Source: Nemertoderma westbladi
Taxonomy: Eukaryota > Animalia > Xenacoelomorpha
DNA length: 64,000 nucleotides
NCBI GenBank assembly: GCA_032718475.1
Contig: JAUCBJ010005361.1
Coordinates: 19,287-83,286 of the forward strand
Reading direction: 5' to 3'
This document shows, in pieces, positions 1 to 9,042 of this stretch. A program made the position numbers and the translations under genes. The notes under the pieces are model-generated. The model had not been told where the DNA came from and did no database searches. It saw only the letters and a program-made list of their open reading frames with translations. Position 1 is the stretch's first letter. The number at the start of each line of letters is the position of its first letter.

Positions 1-1498
1 ACACCAACTTAGGTAGTACAGAGCCCACAGACCAAACAATTAAAATAGAAAGACTCCCTACGATAGTAGATGAGCCTGAAATAATTAGGCCTGTTCTTGA
101 AATCACCCCTTCGGTGATAGACACACCTGTGCTCCCTGAAACTACCTCTAAATTCCCTCTGCATAGCACTAAGCTACCTGTGCCCCGTAGAACTGCCCAG
201 GAGACAGTTCAGGTCCTAGACCCCGAGCGAAATATTCCTGATTTGTCGCCCGTTGTCCCTCGTCCGCCCGCTACAACGTTGGCGACTCCCGCTTCTGCGG
301 TCGAATGGGTGGACGAGAGACGGCGGGGGATGGATCTCCTGCTCGGGCAGATGCAGGAGACTGTTCAGCAATTCAAGGGCACAGTAAGGGAAAGTAGACT
401 AGAGTTGCAAGAAGTGCAGCAAAATATCGCGCTAGAACGTGATAAATTAGTAAATTTACAAAAGGGTATACCACCACCCCTTGTAACAATGTGTCAACCT
501 GTTAGGTCTGAAGTATCTCATGCGCAAGGTGTGGAGCCTACACGCATCTATACTGCTAGCGAAGTAGAAACTCCTATAGTGAACCCTATTAAGGGTAATT
601 ATAAACCTGTTGATAATGATATTCCCTATAGACCGGAGCATAATCCGAGAAATTTATATACCGATAACTCGATATTAAATAACACGATGGCCCAAGAAAG
701 TTTTACGCGTCAAATGGCTAGAACCGAAGCCCGGCAAGCGGTAAAGGTGGGAGAGATCGTCAAGTTCAATGGAGATGAGATGAAATGGTTACTTTTTAAT
801 GAATATTACAAAGATAACATACAGAACTCTGTGCTATCTAATGGAGAGAAACTTAGATTCCTCATCGAGTGCTTGGAAGGATCTCCCAAGTCAATGGCGT
901 TAAAATTTATTGGACATCCAGATGGATTAAGACAAGTTTGGGATACACTAAACATCAGGTATGGTAATAGGACTAACATAGCTAGGTATTTATATGCGAA
1001 ATTAATGGCGCCCCGAAAGTTTCTTAGCAGCGGGATTATAGAGTTTTCCGATGAGATTCAGGAGATCTGTAGACAACTAGATTGGTTAGGTAAGTCTCAT
1101 GAATACCAGAATTCTATGGTTGTAGGAGCCTTAGCATCTACTTTGCCCAAGGGTGGAGTAGGTACACGCTGGGACAAGAAGGTGTTATATATGATGGAAC
1201 AACAACAACGAGACCCTACCATGGCTGATCTCATGTCATTCTTAGATAGAGAAGTGAAATTACAGCTCCTAAGGCAGTCCAGAGAGAAGACATTGGAAAA
1301 CAAGGTAAGTGAGAAACCCGTTTCTAGGAGAAGGGTAACACCAGTATGTTATACCGACGACGGTGAAAGCCAAACTTCTCAAGGAGAGGACAGCGGGAAA
1401 GACACTGACAGATCTTATTATGTCAATAAAATGCCTAAAGATCAGGTAAGTAAATCCGAGTCTCGACCCAATGACAGAAGGGAACCGGTACAAAAAAC
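1..1498 (+). CDS. gag: BEL/Pao gag (DUF1759-like), 5' part of the outer element ORF, interrupted by the nested LTR element
   Basis: Frame is open from position 3. 'IVKFNGDEMKWLLFNEYY...LSNGEKLRFLIECLEG...WDTLNIRYGN' is the BEL/Pao Gag core. Removing the insert 1499-9037 plus one TSD joins QK-TLPTS in frame with ORF 9011-10882. Confidence 0.9.
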
Positions 1499-2058
1499 TG
1501 TGACGGGATCCGAGAGGATCCCGGTTTATCCGGTGTGTTTCGTACGCGTCCCCGCCCCGCCGTGTGAATGGAAAAGGTAATAACTGTTCTAGTGTCGTTG
1601 TCGAACTCTGATAACGTTGAGATAATAAATGATGAGTGATACAGATAGCACAGTAGATAAAGCTAATATACCGGTAATATGGTGACGGTGGCGACGACGG
1701 TCTTAACAGTCACCGTACTGCCTTACTGTACTGGGATAGCTGACTGAGTAAACTGACTATAATGATTACCGTACAGGTAATATATATTGCACGGGTTTGG
1801 CCGTTACAGTACTTAGTCGATGCTGTCCCCCCATTGGCTAATACCCCTGTTGGCACCCTTTGCCCCCTTCTGAAGTGCTTCCCTTCGCCCTTGCTGTTCT
1901 CTCTTGGTTAGGGGTTTGGCCCCTGACCCCTATTGTGTGCTTCCTTCCCACTCTTATTGGGATGGCACGAGTTGGTTAATTGCCCAATCTCGTGGCTCCC
2001 AATATTGCTTATCGGCTAATAACTTTATGGGGTGTTGGCGGGATTGAATAAGCTAACA
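1499..2058 (-). repeat. 3' LTR of the inner BEL/Pao element
   Basis: Direct repeat of 8478-9037, preceded in element sense by the PPT GGGGGGGAG. Confidence 0.95.
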
Positions 2059-2568
2059 CTCCCCCCCATGCTATCTTCCCGGTAAGAAGATAGCATCAAC
2101 CAAAAAGTGCGTTACAATCCCGCTGGATCCCGATCTAGCATCGGGTGTGGGGTGGAAATCTTTTCTCTCGGAGTCGGCTTTCCAGGCCGCTCCCTCTGGG
2201 TATGATAACGCTACCCTTTACGCCTGGCGTCCATGTCGGGCCGATCGTGCTCGTCTCTCACACGATTTTTGTTTCCCCAACACTCTCGCCACTCTAACTC
2301 AGCTCTCTGACTCAACTCGCTCTCTCCCCACTCTTACACTCTCCCCACACCTGAATCGCACTCTAACTTCTCGCCAACAGCTCTTCTCACTATCTCCCCT
2401 CTACTCTCTGCCACTCCCTAAGGCCCTAATCTCTAATGCTACCCCTGTGCTATCATACTATCTACCTTAACTAACTTACTAACTCTAACTATCTAACTCT
2501 ACTAACTACTAACTCTACTCTCTGCTAAGTCTACTAACTCTTTTCTAACTCTGACTAAAATCCTCCAT

Positions 2569-3125
2569 CTACGTGGCGCTTGTGGTGCCCACTACCACAA
2601 CCGGTACTACGTACCCTCTTACTAGCTCTACCTCCATCTACGTGGCGCTAACGGTGCCCACAACCACTCTACTACTAACTCTAACTAAAACCCTCTATCT
2701 ACGTGGCGCTCGTGGTGCCCACAACCACTCTACTATCTACCCTCTACTACTCTACTACCTGGCACCCTATGTGCCCTCTCTACTACTCTACTCTCTGGCA
2801 CCCTATGTGCCCTCTCTACTACCTCTACTACGTGGCGCTTCCGGTGCCCACAACCTCTCTGCTTACTACTAACTCCTATCTACGTGGCGCTTGCGGTGCC
2901 CACAACCACTCTACTACTACCTCCATCTACGTGGCGCTTGCGGTGCCCACAACCACTCCCTGCTACTACTTTCTACGTGGCGCTTCCGGTGCCCACAACC
3001 CCTCTCTTACTACTTTCTACGTGGCGCTTCCGGTGCCCACAACCACTCTCTCTTACTACTTTCTACGTGGCGCTTCCGGTGCCCACAACCCCCCTACTAC
3101 TACTCGTGGCATGACAATATGCCAC
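2569..3125. repeat. Array of 12 conserved hairpin motifs (GGCRY-loop-RTGCC) with CTA-rich variable spacers in the element 3' UTR
   Basis: 9 x CTACGTGGCGC-N5-GTGCCCAC, 2 x GGCAC-CCTAT-GTGCC, 1 x GTGGCAT-GACAAT-ATGCCAC. Confidence 0.9.
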
Positions 3126-3304
3126 ACTCCCTTACCCCGCCGCCTTCTAACTTACTTACTTCTACTAACTTATCTCCTGACTACTATTTACTATCTCTTC
3201 TAACTATTATTTAATTAATTTTATTATTTATTAAATAATTATTTATATGTGGGAAGGGCGTCTCGCCCTCATTCCCACCCCCCTCAGTCCAAAATCTTGG
3301 ACGA

Positions 3305-6300
3305 CTAAACTTTCAGGTGCCCCTTCTTCCAGTAGGCACTCTCCCACTGCCCTCCTATACGTCCTCTTACTCTTCGCCACGCTCTCCCCGCCAACTCCAA
3401 CTGACCAGGAATTGGCTCTCCCTCTTTCACCACCCTAAGGTTGGGTCTCTCCACCGTCTTCTTAACTAGCTCATCTCCTGGCATCAAAATGCCACCTCCC
3501 TCCTTGTTGTCTCCCGCCGGCAGAATGAATAGAAAGTGAAAGAACAGGCAGAACAGAAGGTAGAATAATAGTCCTATCCCTTTCCATCCTGCCTTCCTTC
3601 TCGACTTCCCCCTTGTCGGTATGCCTCCAAACTGGACCTGCGTCTCTTCCGGACACTCCTCTGGACACTCCTCCCGACACTCCTCCGGGCACTCCCCCGG
3701 AGTGTTGTCCTCCGGACACCTCGCCGTTCCCTCCGCTCCATCTCCATACCGATGCTTGTTGGGAAACCTACTCTCCTCTGCCCACTGTCTTACTGTCACC
3801 TCCCTATCTGGCTCTACTATCTCCTGCTGTTTCTCCTCTTGGTCCTCTGCGCCTGCGGTGCCTGGTAACATGCACCCTGATGTCTCTGTCACACTGCATG
3901 GGATCTTAGTTTTAACTGGGCCGCTAAGCATCCACCCGAACGGCGTGAGGATCGCCGTCGGATCCCGCTGCCTGTCTTCGCCGAAGACCGTCTTCGTTCT
4001 CTCGTGGGCCGTCGGGCAGTCCATCCCTACTATAATGGACACCTTCCTAACGTCCACCTTTGGTATTGAGAAATCGATACCGTCCAGGAATCTATATTGT
4101 TCGACCTCAGTGTTGGTTGGTCGCCTGGCGTTGATGTTTATCGATTCGATGACGTGGATGGGGTCGATCGTCGCCCCATAGCCGCATCCCGGTGCAATCG
4201 CTGCTATCCTGCACCGCCCCGTCCTCGTCTCCAGGACCTCATCTTTACTCGAGACGGTAGTTACCGCCATTCTGTTCGGCCTCGTCTTTAGCCCTATCTT
4301 TTCGGCCACCCAGTTCTCCACCAGCGTGAAGGCTGCTCCGCTGTCGACCAGCATTAACGTCGTTACTGATCGACCGCCCTCTCCTGATATCTTTACTGGT
4401 ACTACCCCGAGTAGTACTTTTCTCTTCTTCTCCTCTTCTGTCGTGCTTGTGGCCATTGCCTGGCCTCCAGTCTCGGACTCTCTAACTGCTGTCTCTCTAC
4501 ACTCTCCGGATCTGTGTCCTTCTACCACACATCGATGACATAGTCCGTTCGCGTCTGTGTAGGCTATACGATCTTGTTTGGGCAACGCTTGCCAGTGCTT
4601 ACAACTCCTGGTCTTATGTGTTCCATCCCGATGTAATTGACATTCGAATCCTGGATCATAGCGTTCCCTGTATAGTCCCTCACGTATCGCGCCTAGGTTT
4701 ATATGTACCGATTTAGTGTTTTGGTTGTCTGTATTCGGCCTACTGGGTACATTGGGATTATGTTTGTTTATGGTGTTATTTTCTTTCTGTCCCCGCCACG
4801 GTGTGGCCCTACTACCAGCTAACTGTGGACTAGCAGTCCCCTGTGTGGCCGCATGTGGTAGTGATTGTCCTACTCTCGGGAGTGGATCTGCAGGATCGTG
4901 TTCGGGTTTATGGCTTGTCCCCAAACTATCCTCGCTATAGACTGGGTCTGTTATTAATTCGGCTTCATAGTTGAGGAAGCTCGACATTTCTTCTAGGCCC
5001 GGTTCCGCACCTTTCTTCTCTCGAGTGGAGAAGGCGATCTTCCTCCACTTTCTCCGCAGCCAGATCGGCAGTGCCTGCGCTATCGTGGTGATGTTGTTAG
5101 ACGCGTTGAGTTCGTATGGTGCGTCTAGCGTCTTTAACACGATTAACGCCTTCTCGACCTTGTTCGCAAAGGTCCTTATGCTAACGGGATTATCCTGTAG
5201 GCCACCCGATGTTATGCCTCTCAGGGTTTGCCGGATGATCTTGGCCGGGTGCCCGTATTCCCTATCTAATGCCCGCCATGCTGTCGTGAAGCCGCCCTCG
5301 ATGCCCTGGTATTGCCTCACGATGTCGTATGCTGGGCCTCCTGTATATACTTGCAGATATTTTAGGCACTCCGCCTGCGTCAAGTTCTTACTTAATATTT
5401 CGTTACTATACATGCGCCGAAACTGTAGATATTCTTCCGGCCTACTCCCATCGAATTTAAATGGTTCCACAGGTGGTAACTCGATCCTAGTTTTTAACGC
5501 ATCGATCAATGTGGCCATTCCCATCGCTTGCGCTTCTAATGGGTTCGATGGATGTTGTATAGACTCCCCTATTGGGTGCGGTCCGTCCGTCCTATCTGTT
5601 GTTGATTTAATTTGTTGCGTCGGATATATCATTGGGGGTAACGGCCCCCTCCATATTTCCGTGTCGCACGACCTATTCTCGTCCAAGGGGTTCGATGTTC
5701 TTGCTCCTATTGGGGTATATTGTTGATATTGTGATGGGGGAATGTCACCCTGTCCCCCCCCGGCCGGTATGTTTGGTACTGGGGTTGATGTTAATACATT
5801 GGGGCCCATACGTCTATCTCCAATAACTCCCCCCTCCCCTGGATATATGTTATGTCCCTGTGTATTATAGTCATGCTGCTGTACCGATATAGGCCTACCT
5901 ACCTCTCGCCTACCTACCGGTATGTACTCCGCGACTTCCGGGTTTAATCCCGTCGTTCGCGCTACCCCATCGCCTACTCTATCTCTCCCAGCATGGCCTA
6001 TAATAGTATGTGCAGTAAGGCCTACAGTATGTCCTGCAGTCTGCATGTGCCCTTTCGAACCGAAGTTTATTCTTCGCGAATCTCGAATCTCCCCGCGACT
6101 ACTGCACTCTCGATCGGCAGCTATATCCCGTCGGGAAGCTTCTCTTCGATCCCCTCTCCTGTTCTCGACTTTGTATTGGTACCTCCTGTACCCCTCTCTT
6201 GGCGTGCGGTGCGTTCCTCCGGGGCGACGGCAATCTCCCGAAGTTCGACCCCACTGACTCCCTAACTCCATCTCTACTAGCGACGGCTCGCTATCCGTCC

Positions 6301-8338
6301 TCGCTCTCCGGTTGCTCCTAGCAACGACTCTTCTACTATCTTCCTTTCTTCTCTCTTCGACCTCTCGGTTAAACTCTACTAATCTTCGTCTATCTTCGAC
6401 CTCTCTATTAAACTCTACTAATCTTCTCTCTTCTGACTGGGCTCGACGTTCCGTCGCCCGCCCTCTCGCGACGTCAACCTGTCTCTCTCTGCTCGATCGC
6501 ACGCCGCTGGGGATACTCGCAATCCCCCTATTACTCTCCATCGCCGGGTGTTGCGGTTTACCTAACTCGGCCCGCGCATTATCCGCCGACGCCTGTGGGA
6601 CACTCCCTGCCCCCCCTCTCTCGCTACTAATCCCTCGCGGTGGGGTGCCCGTAGCCCCCCCCCACCCGCTACTTCTAACTTCACTATCTCTTCCTACACT
6701 TCTACACCCCTCTTGTGGGGCATTCTCTGCCCCCCCTCTCTCGCCGCTAATCTCATGTGGTGGGGCGCCCGTAGCCCCCCCCCACCCGCCACATCTAACT
6801 TCAATATCTCTTACTTCGTCTCTACACCCCTCTCTAGTCGACACACTGTCTCTACTGCGGCCGGGTCTATTCGCCCCCGCCTCTCTCCCTACTACTGCGA
6901 GGCCTACCAGGCCCACCCCGGGTTGGCTCAACCCCGCTACCTCCTGCCTACCAACTACGTGGCCTACCAGGCCGCCGTCGGGTTGGCGCAACCCCGCCAC
7001 TTCCTGTCTACTAACTACGTGGCCTACCAGGCCGCCGTCTGCCGGGCTATACACGTCTGGCACATTCATATTAATAGCACCATTCCCAATATTATTTGTT
7101 AAATCAATTGAATTATTAGAATTTGAAACGGGATTATTATTTAAATTATTTAAGTTAGAATTATTATTATTTTCAAAATTTAAATTGCTATTCGAATTAT
7201 TTGAATTATTTTGATTATTCTGAATATTTGAATTAATATTATTATTTGAATTTAAACTTAAATTACTACTACCGGGTAAAATATTTCCTGTAATAAAGGG
7301 ATTATTAGGGTTATCTACTACGGTACTATCAATACAAACATTTCCTAACGCACTACTACTACCCCCCTCGCCCGTACGGTTACTGTATGTACTGTAAGTG
7401 TACCGCACGCTCTGTTCTCTTGCCTCATGCTCTTCGCGTTCACTCTCTTGCTCCTTCCCTCTCCCCATTATCCGGTTTAATTCTTTCACCCTTAATTTAT
7501 ATGCCAGGTGTTCACTCTCTCGCACCCGTCTTTCTTTTGCGGAGGATGTAGCAGACTTATAGGTTGCGACGGACTCCCGCCGCCCCTCCGTCCTACTAAC
7601 TTTCCCCCGCTCTCCGGGGTTCTCGCTGACCAACGAGACCGAATCCTCGGAGCTAACCTCGGATTCGCCCTCGTGCGGTCCCGCCCAACCCACTAACTTA
7701 ACTTCCCTGGCATCGACTAAGTATGGCCCTATGTACACTACACCAGGCCCCATACCCCTACGTTCCCATAGCCCAAACAGTTCGAAGGCAACCCCTCTCG
7801 CTCTCTCCTCGGCCAGTTCTCCCTGCCCAGAACGCACTAGGTAATCAAAGTATCTGTTCGACTCACCTAGTCGTCTCCTCAACTTCACCTGGTCTATCTC
7901 AGCCCCTCCTCTAGCTTCCTTCAGTTGTTCCCGGGTCGCGGCGTAGGCTCGTCGAAGTCGATCAGAAACCCCGACATCCTCGTCGCCGACCTCTCCTCTC
8001 TCCCTCCGGGTTCGGCGTCGTACCGTCGGCTCCACCGTTGCCGTTCCGGTGGGCCGTTCGTCGCCCTCGGTCTGTGGCTGACCGGCGACATCGGCATATC
8101 GACCGCCGCCCTGTGTCGACTCGTCTCTCTCCTCCCCCGTCTCGCTCTCTCCTCTACTCGACTCGCTCTCTCGCTGTAGACGACCCCCCACATCTTGGTT
8201 CGCCGGGTTGCTCGTTATCGACGTGGTCGACGTAGCATCGACCGGCGTCGTGGGTCCGTATCGTCTCGCCGTGGCCTCGCGGATCGTTAGATCGTCGTCC
8301 GGGGTCCGCGGCGGTGTCGTTCCTCTCTCTCGACTCAT
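3305..8338 (-). CDS. BEL/Pao Gag-protease polyprotein with long low-complexity N-terminus and a hydrophobic C-terminal tail
   Basis: Uninterrupted 1677 aa. PFKFDGSRPEEYLQF...LKYLQVYTGG (DUF1759-like), CQLHRDGTHKTRSC, CHRCVVEGHRSGEC, LVDSGA protease, AILTPFGWMLSGP. No RT, RNase H or integrase motifs. Confidence 0.92.
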   Translation of the reverse strand: MSRERGTTPPRTPDDDLTIREATARRYGPTTPVDATSTTSITSNPANQDVGGRLQRESESSRGESETGEERDESTQGGGRYADVAGQPQTEGDERPTGTATVEPTVRRRTRRERGEVGDEDVGVSDRLRRAYAATREQLKEARGGAEIDQVKLRRRLGESNRYFDYLVRSGQGELAEERARGVAFELFGLWERRGMGPGVVYIGPYLVDAREVKLVGWAGPHEGESEVSSEDSVSLVSENPGERGKVSRTEGRRESVATYKSATSSAKERRVRESEHLAYKLRVKELNRIMGRGKEQESEREEHEAREQSVRYTYSTYSNRTGEGGSSSALGNVCIDSTVVDNPNNPFITGNILPGSSNLSLNSNNNINSNIQNNQNNSNNSNSNLNFENNNNSNLNNLNNNPVSNSNNSIDLTNNIGNGAINMNVPDVYSPADGGLVGHVVSRQEVAGLRQPDGGLVGHVVGRQEVAGLSQPGVGLVGLAVVGREAGANRPGRSRDSVSTREGCRDEVRDIEVRCGGWGGATGAPPHEISGERGGAENAPQEGCRSVGRDSEVRSSGWGGATGTPPRGISSERGGAGSVPQASADNARAELGKPQHPAMESNRGIASIPSGVRSSRERQVDVARGRATERRAQSEERRLVEFNREVEDRRRLVEFNREVEERRKEDSRRVVARSNRRARTDSEPSLVEMELGSQWGRTSGDCRRPGGTHRTPREGYRRYQYKVENRRGDRREASRRDIAADRECSSRGEIRDSRRINFGSKGHMQTAGHTVGLTAHTIIGHAGRDRVGDGVARTTGLNPEVAEYIPVGRREVGRPISVQQHDYNTQGHNIYPGEGGVIGDRRMGPNVLTSTPVPNIPAGGGQGDIPPSQYQQYTPIGARTSNPLDENRSCDTEIWRGPLPPMIYPTQQIKSTTDRTDGPHPIGESIQHPSNPLEAQAMGMATLIDALKTRIELPPVEPFKFDGSRPEEYLQFRRMYSNEILSKNLTQAECLKYLQVYTGGPAYDIVRQYQGIEGGFTTAWRALDREYGHPAKIIRQTLRGITSGGLQDNPVSIRTFANKVEKALIVLKTLDAPYELNASNNITTIAQALPIWLRRKWRKIAFSTREKKGAEPGLEEMSSFLNYEAELITDPVYSEDSLGTSHKPEHDPADPLPRVGQSLPHAATQGTASPQLAGSRATPWRGQKENNTINKHNPNVPSRPNTDNQNTKSVHINLGAIREGLYRERYDPGFECQLHRDGTHKTRSCKHWQALPKQDRIAYTDANGLCHRCVVEGHRSGECRETAVRESETGGQAMATSTTEEEKKRKVLLGVVPVKISGEGGRSVTTLMLVDSGAAFTLVENWVAEKIGLKTRPNRMAVTTVSSKDEVLETRTGRCRIAAIAPGCGYGATIDPIHVIESININARRPTNTEVEQYRFLDGIDFSIPKVDVRKVSIIVGMDCPTAHERTKTVFGEDRQRDPTAILTPFGWMLSGPVKTKIPCSVTETSGCMLPGTAGAEDQEEKQQEIVEPDREVTVRQWAEESRFPNKHRYGDGAEGTARCPEDNTPGECPEECREECPEECPEETQVQFGGIPTRGKSRRKAGWKGIGLLFYLLFCLFFHFLFILPAGDNKEGGGILMPGDELVKKTVERPNLRVVKEGEPIPGQLELAGRAWRRVRGRIGGQWESAYWKKGHLKV
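6590..7045 (-). repeat. In-frame coding tandem repeats in gag (2 x ~120 nt, 3 x 60 nt)
   Basis: Peptides EGCR...GWGGATG.PP..IS.ERGGA x2 and (Q)PDGGLVGHVV.RQEVAGL x3. Confidence 0.85.
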
Positions 8339-8354
8339 CTTCGTCTTTAGTAGC

Positions 8355-8477
8355 CGTCAGTCACAGCTCGGCAGGCCTAGTGTTAAGACTGTGACGGGCA
8401 GTTACAGTTCAGGCAATTCTCAGATGTTAAGACTGTGACGGGCAGTTACAGTTCAGGCAATTCTCAGATGTTAAGAC
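8355..8477 (-). other. Atypical primer-binding region: tandem 44-nt modules (LTR terminus CCCGTCACA + GTCTTAACA + conserved blocks)
   Basis: Two identical 44-nt units plus a third diverged unit directly abut the 5' LTR. There is no TGG-type tRNA PBS. Confidence 0.85.
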
Positions 8478-9037
8478 TGTGACGGGATCCGACAGGATCC
8501 CGGTTTATCCGGTGTGTTTCGTACGCGTCCCCGCCCCGCCGTGTGAATGGAAAAGGTAATAACTGTTCTAGTGTCGTTGTCGAACTCTGATAACGTTGAG
8601 ATAATAAATGATGAGTGATACAGATAGCACAGTAGATAAAGCTAATATACCGGTAATATGGTGACGGTGGCGACGACGGTCTTAACAGTCACCGTACTGC
8701 CTTACTGTACTGGGATAGCTGACTGAGTAAACTGACTATAATGATTACCGTACAGGTAATATATATTGCACGGGTTTGGCCGTTACAGTACTTAGTCGAT
8801 GCTGTCCCCCCATTGGCTAATACCCCTGTTGGCACCCTTTGCCCCCTTCTGAAGTGCTTCCCTTCGCCCTTGCTGTTCTCTCTTGGTTAGGGGTTTGGCC
8901 CCTGACCCCTATTGTGTGCTTCCTTCCCACTCTTATTGGGATGGCACGAGTTGGTTAATTGCCCAATCTCGTGGCTCCCAATATTGCTTATCGGCTAATA
9001 ACTTTATGGGGTGTTGGCGGGATTGAATAAGCTAACA
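8478..9037 (-). repeat. 5' LTR of the inner BEL/Pao element
   Basis: Direct repeat of 1499-2058. TATA-like and TCAGT/CAGT initiator-like motifs on the minus strand at ~8710-8765. Confidence 0.95.
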
Positions 9038-9042
9038 AAAAC

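Larger units (their letters stand above)
1499..9037 (-). mobile_element. Non-autonomous BEL/Pao LTR retrotransposon (gag-protease only), recent insertion
   Basis: Two 560-bp LTRs (1499-2058, 8478-9037), one mismatch noticed (GAGA/GACA). TG..CA ends. TSD AAAAC at 1494-1498 and 9038-9042. Minus-strand polypurine tract at 2059-2067. Single 1677-aa ORF. Confidence 0.95.

Noticed and set aside
2569-3125. CRISPR-like repeat-spacer appearance
   Set aside because: Spacers are low-complexity, related to one another and irregular in length; no cas genes; the array lies inside a eukaryotic retrotransposon.
3613-8438. Numerous plus-strand ORFs up to 300 aa
   Set aside because: Antisense shadows of the long minus-strand gag-protease ORF, with no recognisable domains.
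9011-9042. Apparent start of the 623-aa ORF and end of the 488-aa ORF (1499-1580)
   Set aside because: Both are read-through into LTR sequence; the real ORF is one gene split by the insertion.
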